This document shows, in pieces, positions 13,501 to 23,500 of a DNA stretch of 34,203 nucleotides. Position numbers and translations under genes: made by a program. Origin of the DNA: Lenisia limosa (Eukaryota > Protista > Breviatea); the NCBI GenBank assembly GCA_001655205.1, contig LPNZ01010338.1, forward strand, positions 1 to 34,203, in the 5' to 3' direction. Position 1 is the first letter of the stretch. Each line of letters opens with the position of its first letter. Under the pieces are notes generated by a model, which was not told the origin of the DNA, searched no databases, and saw nothing but the letters and a program-made list of their open reading frames with translations.

Positions 13501-16500
13501 GGATCTGCTGGTGGTTGATAATCTCTTAAAATGTTGAAACTCTGGATGAAACATTAATTTCCAAACTTGTGACACCAACATCAAATAAAAAAAATACCAA
13601 CCATATCAACCCCGCCCATTCACCAGTAGGTTTACAGTCTCCAGATTCTGCAGTGCAATCGTCGTTGTAATCTTGACCACTATATAGGGGTTAAAAGAAT
13701 TTAGCTGTGAATAAAAAGGTGGACTTGAATCATGGCTCCAGGTTATAGATGATCATTTTCACTCATAGAATAAGAGTTCCTACAATTGTCCCTAACTAAG
13801 GCTCGCCTACAATGGTACAGGAGCACAATAGCCGAAATGACCAGGAACATTGCATGCCTTACAGGTTCCACACCTGAGACAGTAAGGTAATCATACTTAC
13901 AGCACCATTTTAGTATAGCACCTTCCTACCCATCTCTTTGACAGCATTTCCCATTAGAGCATCGGTCGGAGTAACACTCATCAGCATTAGTACAATCTTC
14001 TCCTATCAAGTCAGATATATACATACATATGTAGATAAAATAATAACTCACAATATCACAAGAAAAGGTCCAATTATTACTGAAAATTCACTGGTTCAAC
14101 CTACCCAGTTCCTTGGCTTTTGTGCATTGGCGGTTAACACATTTGTATCCCTTGATGCACTGGCTGTCTCTGAGGTGGTTAGATATATATTTCCGGTATG
14201 AAGACAGACTGCAAATATACAGTATTCCTACTTCCAGCATTGGGTCCAGCAAATACTGTCACAGCGATAACCTAAACCAGTTATAAGCTACAATGGTTTT
14301 GGGGAAGTAGTTGTATTTCTATAGGACACCACCGATAAATATCGATATTTATCCGTTTTGGTTTGTATAAGATCTAGTCGTCATCTTACCTTTGCAATGC
14401 TTCATGAATTCACCAGGGAGACATTCACCGTTCTTGCAGACAGCACCTGATATTTCCTTCACAAGTTAGTTGTGTTGATATCATTATTTTATACATATGA
14501 TATATACACAGAAGATCTTTCAAAAGACTTAAAAAATTCACATTCGTTCAAAACGGTACATAGGTTGGTTAGTCACCACAGCTCAATACATTTACGACAA
14601 AAAAGACAACCCACGGTCTCATGATCGGCCGAACAGGCGACACCACGACATGGCTCTCCATCCTTCATAATCTCACAACCTCCCTGAATAGTTAAACTGT
14701 AATATCGTTCATTGGGATCTCTCAAAACTACAAAGAATGGCTGTAGTCTTTTTGAAGTCAAAAACTACCCCAATTACCTTCCCGTCGCAATTTCCAGTTC
14801 TTCCACAGGAGAAAGGTCCTTGAACCTAAGGGATAAGCACGGGATATTCAGCAACATTTACTGGCAGGTACATACACAATGACAACTCTTCAACCTCAAT
14901 TCTGATATCTCAGCCGGCTAAGCCGCCCACCTTGCAGAACCCCCTGCTTTCAACACCCGAAGGTGTCAAGCTACATTTGCCCTTCACTGTCGCTACAAGG
15001 TCAGGGAATTGATCGCATATTGATGACAGTGCAAATCAAACACGTGTTCAGTTTTGAGTGAGAGAAAATGTAGTTCTTTAAAAATATGAATTACATAAGG
15101 ATAGTAAATCAATGAATGAAGAAAACCCTCCTCACCAGCACAAGAGTAGCAGCCAGTGTCACAGCGCTCTTCACAGCAGACTCCTTGAGAGCAAAACCCT
15201 CTGAATTGGTGAGTATTGGTTTATTCGATCAGGATTCGGAAGATTCTCGGGATATGGAGAGTCACAGTATTAAAATATTCGAGTGTTGCATACGAGGAGC
15301 ACTCAGAGCCGGAGTTACAGATATGGGCATTGGGGAGTTTGCTGCCATTAGCTGAAGGGTGAAGGACACTTCTCAGACTGTAAGAAGGAATAGGAGTATT
15401 ATTGCCCCAAAATATAATAAAGTACAACAGAACGTTGTTTCTGCCCCTCTTACGTACACATAAGGGCATATCAATACTCCACTTGCTGTCAATCTAAAGA
15501 ATAAAACTCAAACATAAAGAAAATAGATAACAGGTGCTATGGAAAATTTCATAATATTGTTGCTAAATCATCCAATTATTTACCTAACAAATTCGTTAAC
15601 AGCCTATAAGTTTCAGCAACACAATACTAGTAAAAGCCAAGCAAACATGGCAGTATAAGCGACTGGCATCAAAGGAAGTCCAATAGCCAGAATCGCACCT
15701 GAACAAATCAGTTAGAACTGATATAATAAGAAAAATCACATGTTTTTTGGTGAAACGTGCGTGGGATTACATGTTTGATTTTTTTTTTTTTTAATAACCC
15801 TTCCCACGTGATATCGCAGTGACTGCCGATTTCTGGTCCGTTGAAGCAGTGACCGTACCAAGACATGTTATCGCCTTTTTTCAGGTCCGGGCAATTGGCG
15901 TCTGGATTGTCAAATATAATTTATAATAAGAAGAATATTGAATACTTCAGATATGGTGAATTATACAAATAAATACCACTAATCCTCCCAGGGCTTCTTT
16001 GTCTCTGATAATTTTCTTTCGAATTTACAATTAAATGCCACCCACATTGCTTGCTTTTGGTCTGAGAAGGAAGGAAGTTACCACAAAGGCGACTCTCAAC
16101 TTCAGCTGTATCCGTGTGCATCACCATTCGAACGTACCCACGACCGCCTGGTGAGTTAGTAAAAAATGAAAGTGGAGGAGCGGGGTATTAACACCAAATA
16201 GAGAGTTGTGAAATACAGGTTATATCTGACATTCAATTCCAATACCCAATCTTAGAACCATCCCTTCATGATAATATAAAATTGTCAAACTTCCTGAATG
16301 TATATAATCCCCGATTTAATAAAATTTCACAGTAGCTTCTCTCCACCCCACCTGTTTTGGAATCATAGTAGTAATGGCCTTGGGTCTTTGGTCCATATGA
16401 ATTGGCAACAATCCAGTATTCTTCCTGTGCAAAGTAAAGGAATGTTTGAATGCCATGAGCACTGGAGTTTAATGGTATTCACGAATAACATATTCTCACA

Positions 16501-19500
16501 AACTATCAGTCAATTTTATGTGTCAAACAATTCGTAAAATTGTTAGAACCACATATTTTTGGAGTATTCATACAAATCAATTCAAAATTGTGATCGCTCT
16601 ACCTCCCCCCCCCCCCAANNNNNNNNNNNNNNNNNNNNNNNNNNNNNNNNNNNNNNNNNNNNGATGAAAATGGCATGATTGGAAATAACAGCTTCAACCC
16701 TTGACACACAAGCTCAACGGGCTTATTTGCAGATCTCTCAGATCTCATACCGAAAAATCTATTACATTTTTCCTCCAAAAGCAACAAAGCAAGTGTTGTT
16801 TAAACTACTTTTTAGGGGTGATCTACAAAATTCCCGGGTCTATGGACCTAAATTGGCGAGAGAACCAAAATAGACAGAGTTATTATCATTCTTCTTTGGA
16901 CTCACGATTCGGACAACATGGTTACTTGAGGCTGGTTCGGAATCAGCAGGTTTGTAGTACAATTCTAAACGGTCAAACGAATGAATATGTTGAAATAGAA
17001 GAACTCGTGTGCAATAATGATGATTTCATGCACACCTAACCTTCGGTTGCATCTCTCCAGGATTGTCGAGGGTACATGTATCCTGTAATGCTGCCACCGT
17101 TCATAATTTGCTCCTAACCAGTGAGTTGCATTTTGCAATCACAACATATATTTGGGAGGGATCCACCAATGTTCTTTTAGGTATACATTCGCAAACCTTC
17201 ATCAAGATTGGACCAGGCTCATTGATCCACCACACACCTTCATCAGACACACAAACGACAGGATCTATAGCGAGATGTTATCAGAAAAGACTATTCTGAG
17301 GAAACAGAAGAAGCTTTCGAGAATTATAAATATTGTTGTTACTTGTTTAAGAAAACAAAAAAGGTGCACAGATGAACCATTAAAAACAGTAAACTTCAAA
17401 CCGATTTTTTCAGGTTCGCAGGGAAGCGGAGGATCAGGATTCGGAAGATTCTCGGGATATGACTGAAGAGGTGGATGAGAGTGTTATATATATTATATGT
17501 AATAGTATGTGTTTATGTAATATTGATATCGATATGTGTTTATTGACTTACATTTTTTTTTGTGAGTGAGATCAGTAATGGCACTAAGTTTTTTATAACT
17601 TTTCGCAATTTTGAGTGAAAAAAACGGAATTTTGCACAAACAGTTTTACATTTTAGATTATTTACAATTCAGTTTGTTTTTCCAAATTGGGCAAGTTTAT
17701 CTTAAAAAAAACCTAAAACGGCTAAATTTGATGATTTTCCACAATTTCTAACTGCACGTTTAACGATATCGTTATTTTTACGAAACACTTCCTGATATTC
17801 ATGAGCATTTTTATGTTATAAGTCCTGAAAGTAGTTTGAGACTGTATCTTGAACATTTTATGAACTATTTGGGACGTAATAGTAGATAAAAAAGATGGGG
17901 TTTCATGAAAGGTGAAATTAGCAGTTTAGCATGTGCCAATTAAATCAATGTTTCAACAGGATCGACCTAAAGCACACGGCAAAAGCAAGTTCCGTGTATT
18001 TTATATCGATGCCACTTTTCATTAAGTTTTTTATAACTTTTCGCTTTTTAATTACGTATTCTAACTGTTTAGATGTGTAAATGATATATTTTTGACAATG
18101 CCAATGGATTGGCCTGCACAAAGTCCAGATTTGAACATTGAGCATGCATGATATCTACTTGACACACAATTGAACGAATCTGGTGTCACACCAACCTCCG
18201 AAGCTGATATGACGGAAAAATTGGAAGATGCTTGGTCTAAGATACCTTCAACTGCAATTAAAGACCTAATCGACTCCATGCCACGTCGTTGCCAGGCCAT
18301 TATCAACTCAAAATGATGCCCCACCAATATTAGGTTTTTTGGAATGTGTACTGCCTATTTTACATTATTTTCAAATATACATTTTATTTATTTTGGCCAG
18401 AGGTTAAATAACCTGTCTATTATTACATTTGATAGTGCAAAATGCCGTTTTTTTTCTCAAAATGAATAAAATTACCAAACGTTATCAAAAAAACTACTTA
18501 GTGCCATTACTTATCTCACGCANNNNNNNNNNNNNNNNNNNNNNNNNNNNNNNNNNNNNNNNNNNNNNNNNNNNNNNNNNNNNNNNNNNNNNNNNNNNNN
18601 NNNNNNNNNNNNNNNNNNNNNNNNNNNNNNNNNNNNNNNNNNNNNNNNNNNNNNNNNNNNNNNNNNNNNNNNNNNNNNNNNNNNNNNNNNNNNNNNNNNN
18701 NNNNNNNNNNNNNNNNNNNNNNNNNNNNNNNNNNNNNNNNNNNNNNNNNNNNCTGCAATAATGAGAATATAAAACTCAATACATCTATTTGGCAGATAGA
18801 AAAACGAAATAAAGCGTGAGTAAACTCGGCCCACCAAGGTAGTCCGAAACATCTGATGTGCCACCTTCCTCGCACGGATTGACTTCTTGACCACATGACA
18901 CCAATTGCTGGAGGGAGGTGGGGTGATGGAAAGGAGGAAAGTAATGCATGTGCATACTCCAACAGAACTAAGAATTGCCTTTGGTGAGTGATAATAACTA
19001 GTTCGCGCTGCAATACGTACCTGGACTGACAAAGCTTTTCCGCAGAGGCCTTCCAACAAACATATACGGTCAGAGAGCACACCAGTCACTGGGGGGGGGG
19101 GGGNNNNNNNNNNNNNNNNNNNNNNNNNNNNNNNNNNNNNNNNNNNNNNNNNNNNNNNNNNNNNNNNNNNNNNNNNNNNNNNNNNNNNNNNNNNNNNNNN
19201 NNNNNNNNNNNNNNNNNNNNNAAAAAAAAAATGGATGTTGCCAACATGCATGGATATAGCAAGACGAGCAATACGACTGATCTGACATCCTCATCAGCTT
19301 GCTGGCACTAAGAGATAAAAACTGCTATTTGTGTGCTGGTTTAGATGATAGATAACCAAAAATAAGGGGGGGGGGGGGTANNNNNNNNNNNNNNNNNNNN
19401 NNNNNNNNNNNNNNNNNNNNNNNNNNNNNTCTTGTAAAACCTTTGGTATACTATATTGTTTTTACTTAGCCTACTCTGGCATATATATCTCAGGGAAGTT

Positions 19501-19720
19501 GAATCTTCTCTTGACATCGTAGCCCCAGACTGGATTGATGAGGCATGAACTGGGTGCAGAAATGAGCAATATATTTTTAATTCGACTTTCACAGTCGGTT
19601 GATTGGCGATGATTCATATGGAATTCGGACAGATATTTGTATTGTGAGATTTTCCAATCATCAACTTAACAAACCGGAGATAAGCAAAAGCGACAGGACC
19701 AAGATGAAAGGAACCTTCAT
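10594..19720 (-). CDS. Type-I membrane papain-family (C1A) cysteine protease with Sushi-like, Cys-rich and IPT/TIG-like ectodomain modules (more than 30 exons)
   Basis: Signal peptide MKVPFILVLSLLLIS (ATG at 19720). Protease motifs: SDQSYCSSCYIHA (Cys codon 19259-19261), VLSDRIC, LSVQQLVSC...CEEGG, KEQIMNGGSI, NHVVRI (His 16918-16920), YWIVANSYG (Asn 16401-16403), GGRGYVRM. Then CPDL...CDITCDSGYW...W, repeated C..GxCCxxxC..C.xC modules, YPEILDYSP/CRFAG/YSEPTLLRVRP IPT-like segments, TM helix VGIIAAGVAGVVVVGGAGAMLM and tail KKKSSSNDYGKELHAI-stop (10594). Most junctions are phase-consistent; at least two exons fall in N-gaps. Confidence 0.88.
15227..15256. repeat. 30-bp exact copy of 17432-17461 (an exon of the same gene) lying in an intron
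   Basis: gatcaggattcggaagattctcgggatatg occurs identically at 15227-15256 and 17432-17461. Confidence 0.9.
17566..18519 (+). mobile_element. Degenerate, internally deleted Tc1/mariner-superfamily DNA transposon (about 950 bp) in an intron of the protease gene
   Basis: Terminal inverted repeats: gtgagatcagtaatggcactaagt (17566-17589) vs acttagtgccattacttatctcac (18496-18519), 1 mismatch in 24, with gapped similarity continuing to ...aaaacgg(a/c)attttgcac (17637 / 18435). A transposase remnant lies inside. No clean TA target-site duplication is visible and the right flank is a gap. Confidence 0.88.
17948..18333 (+). pseudogene. Tc1-like DD34E transposase C-terminal remnant (stops and frameshifts)
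   Basis: Reads MFQQD/[fs]DLKHTAK ... MDWPAQSPDLNIEHA*YLLDTQL...EKLEDAWSKIPSTAIKDLIDSMPRRCQAIINSK*CPT. This matches the Tc1-family motifs FQQDNxPKH, WPxQSPDLNPIExxW and SMPRRxxAVIxxKG. Confidence 0.92.
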
Positions 19721-20577
19721 TTTCAACTCCGCCTGATATGTGAAACACTTGAGAGACTTCAATTTGAACATATTCATATCAATCGAAAAATGAAAAATAT
19801 TACATGTGTAGTGTAAATAAATTTTAAACTCAAAATAACAACCCAAGATTCAAATATCAGACCCTAAGGAAGGTGATAAAAAAAGCGGATAAATCTATTG
19901 CAAAGACTCGCCGATCTCAGAGAATGTCAAGAAACAACGCCTCAAAAACGTCTATTTCAAAGTTATTTGATAATTTCCCTGGTCAAAGATGAGGAATATC
20001 CAAGAACACCCCAGTTTTGCTATAAGGCGGAAGGATGCATTCCGCCTCCGACAACCCGAAGGTATGTCAACAGCTTCAAACATTTCGCTTTCTTTCATTA
20101 ACTCACTTTATATTTTTTTATATTAATACCTACCGGTGGAAAGGTCAGAACGAATAACCGCGAAGTAGGACCGTCTTTTTCTTCAACTGCAGTTGCTTTC
20201 TCCCGTTCTAACCAGCTTAACAGACTGATAAATAGACAAATAAATGAATAATAGACAAATACGACACAATTCACACACAATCCACACACCCCGACCTGGC
20301 TCCTTTTCGGCTCAACCGCGGTCAGTCATAGCTTGGACCGGGGAAATTAAAGCTGCCCCTGCACCACCCCATGACTAAATCATATAAATTACGAAATTAA
20401 ACTCCCTTTAAAGCACAACCAAAAAATGCGAAAAACTCCAAAACACCGTTTCTAACCTTTGGTACTCTACTAAGTAACAATATTAATAGCGAAATTGAGT
20501 CATTTGAAAAGGTTCTTGCTATTTTCGTTTTATCCGGTTGTTCTAAAGAGCGATAGTCACCTTCTAAGGGACTAAAT
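19721..20577. promoter_or_regulatory. Divergent intergenic region (putative bidirectional promoter) between the protease and GNAT genes
   Basis: Inferred only from head-to-head start codons at 19720 (-) and 20578 (+). There is a GC-richer patch near 20285-20375; no specific motif is assigned. Confidence 0.35.
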
Positions 20578-23500
20578 ATGACAGAACCAGTTAACATAGT
20601 GAATGCGCCGCAGGAAGCTGTGGTTGCTGTTGTAGGGGTGTCAGAACCAGTTGGAGGGTCTGAGATTACCAGCGCTGATGTTCCGACCTCTCACAGTATT
20701 CCTGATGTAGTCACTCTCCCAATCCAAAGTGCCATCAATGTTGCGGATGCTGAAACCTTGGTGGGGAGAGAGTGTCTTAACTTTCCTCATTTGCCCAAAA
20801 TTTTGAAATACTTGTTGTTTTGTTTTTATATATAATTATATGATATATATTTTTTTTTTTTTATTAATATTTTTTTTTTTTTTGACATACGCANNNNNNN
20901 NNNNNNNNNNNNNNNNNNNNNNNNNNNNNNNNNNNNNNNNNNNNNNNNNNNNNNNNNNNNNNNNNNNNNNNNNNNNNNNNNNNNNNNNNNNNNNNNNNNN
21001 GTTTTGTTTTTTTGTACCCGTTAAGATATAAATTCAATGGTGATATTCTTGCCTATGTTCTGTTCAACAGATATTCTTCCATTGACCTTGCGATAAAACA
21101 GCTCTCATGTTGAAGGTTGCATCCAGCGTGCAGCCAGATGACGTGGACCCTCTGACTGCATCTAGTATGGGGCTTGTCGTTGGATATTCATGTCATCTTC
21201 AAGGGTTAATTGTTATGCAGTTCAATTATTCTTGCGTATTATTTTTGATAGTGATTTCACCCTGCTCATTACCAATTCATTTACCCCCCCCCCCCNNNNN
21301 NNNNNNNNNNNNNNNNNNNNNNNNNNNNNNNNNNNNNNNNNNNNNNNNNNNNNNNNNNNNNNNNNNNNNNNNNNNNNNNNNNNNNNNNNNNNNNNNNNNN
21401 NNNNNNNNNNNNNNNNNNNNNNNNNNNNNNNNNNNNNNNNNNNNNNNNNNNNNNNNNNNNNNNNNNNNNNNNNNNGGCGCAAAGTTGGCAATAATCAAAA
21501 TCATTTTTGCTTTCCACAAAACAACCCTTGTTAAAAACGCCAACAATCAATTGGAACTCTGTAGTTTGTATGATAACTATCGGAGTTTAGTTTTCTCACT
21601 ACCAATCATGTTTCTATCGTCACTCTTCAGCGCAAAAGGAGAACAACTGAGGTCGACCCGACTCCCCCAATTGAGTCCACTGTCGAGGTACCTGGGAAGT
21701 TTTGCATTCGAAACGACAAGATTTGTTGGACTATGCTTGAATATAACGCCCTTTTCTTTTTATCAATCAAATAAGTTCCGCAGATGGGCGGGGGGCGTAA
21801 TCAATATTTGCCCAGTTTCAGTAATCAGATATGATATTGAGTTCCCTAGGTTGACCGGCCTGTTCGAAGAGGACGGAAGCCTGGAAAGAAGAACAACACT
21901 GCTGCCGTTATTGGTGGGATGGCTTTGTTATGCAGATCTGTTGACTACATGGAAATATTATCAAAAGAGATCTTGAGCGCTATTCAGTGAAATTCTTTTC
22001 ACATCCCCAGAAACCAACCCAAAGTATTCATACATGCTCGACAATCAAAATCTCCTCGAGAGGCCGACTCCTGCGCCTCCTGTATGTGAACTTCCGGCCA
22101 TCCAGGTTTGGTGAAGCAATTTGACTCTATTTCTGTTCTTTTATAATCACGTTGGATTTTGGTCTGTTTTTTTATATTCTAAAAATTTTACCCCCCCCCC
22201 CCATTNNNNNNNNNNNNNNNNNNNNNNNNNNNNNNNNNNNNNNNNNNNNNNNNNNNNNNNNNNNNNNNNNNNNNNNNNNTGTGGCGAAAGTCATCGGAGG
22301 CGGTGTTGTCAACGCCAACTCCCTCCTCAAGGCCAGGTTCGTTTACTATGTCCCTTCTCTATAAATTCTCGATAACATGTTTTATCTCTCATTCTCTGAT
22401 AAAAAAAAACTCAGTCTTATAAAAATAGGGATCTTTTGATACAGAACACCAAGGTTCCGAACCTCTCTCCTGCTCTCCTCCAGACTTTTGGCTTGGCGGG
22501 GTTCTCCTCACAACAGGTTTGATTGAAATGATGCCCAGTAATCATGTTCCTACTCCACCCTAAATATTGACATATTGGAAAACTGTAAGTACCTTCCCTT
22601 ACGCCCTCCCCCAGGTTATGCAGCTTCAACAGCAGCAGTTCTTCTTGCAGTACCGTGACCAGCAGCTTCAGATCCAAAAGGCACAAGCAGAGGAAAACGC
22701 CATTACCGGGACCCAAAGCAGTAACCCGGATCCTGCCACCCAGGAGACTTTCGAGCTTGGTGGGCTGGGTCTCGCATTTGTCGAATTCAGTCTTAATTCG
22801 AGGCTGATACCCTCCTCGATTTGAGCAGTGCTGTGAGAATGGAATTAACTATTGGTCCCATACATACAGTATAACCCCTTTATGAACACTTTGATAATAT
22901 TGCTGAAATAAACATTACTTAATAGACACATTGTGAAGCATGCTCACAACCTTGATGATTCCTTAATAGACACATTGTGAACCATGCTTACAACCTTGAT
23001 GATACCTTAATAGACACATTGTGAACCATACTACCTTGATGATTCTTTAATTCAAACATTTTGTTCTACAGCACGTTAGCTTACTTTATCATGACACTCT
23101 TCACCTTCCAGCCAAGGTATTTGGAGAAGGCAAGGTTACCGATGAGGCTCTGACGAAAGCTAAGGATTACATGGCCGCTGCGAAGAATGCTGAAACTGCC
23201 CTTCTTAATTCAGAGGGTGTGAGGATATAGTACACTCACATAAATCATGCGCACTTATGATTCCTCTAATATGTACATATAATGATATAATGTACAATAT
23301 ATACGTTGTACATATATGTATCATATATGATGAAGATATAATCGATGTTCACATTTTTTCAAAGCTATACTTTGCTGTCACCCCCTCCCCCATACACACA
23401 CCCAATCCAGATAATTTCTCGTTTGAATTGGTTTATCTTATAGTTGTTATACAATTGTACAATAGCGCCAATATTAGACTATTCCAAGTTATTTCAGCAT

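Noticed and set aside
18061-18327. 88-aa minus-strand ORF
   Set aside because: It is the antisense shadow of the Tc1 transposase remnant.
7504-19720. SRAP gene next to a protease as a prokaryote-style SOS-response or defence operon
   Set aside because: Both genes are heavily intron-split eukaryotic genes. Adjacency alone gives no evidence of functional linkage.
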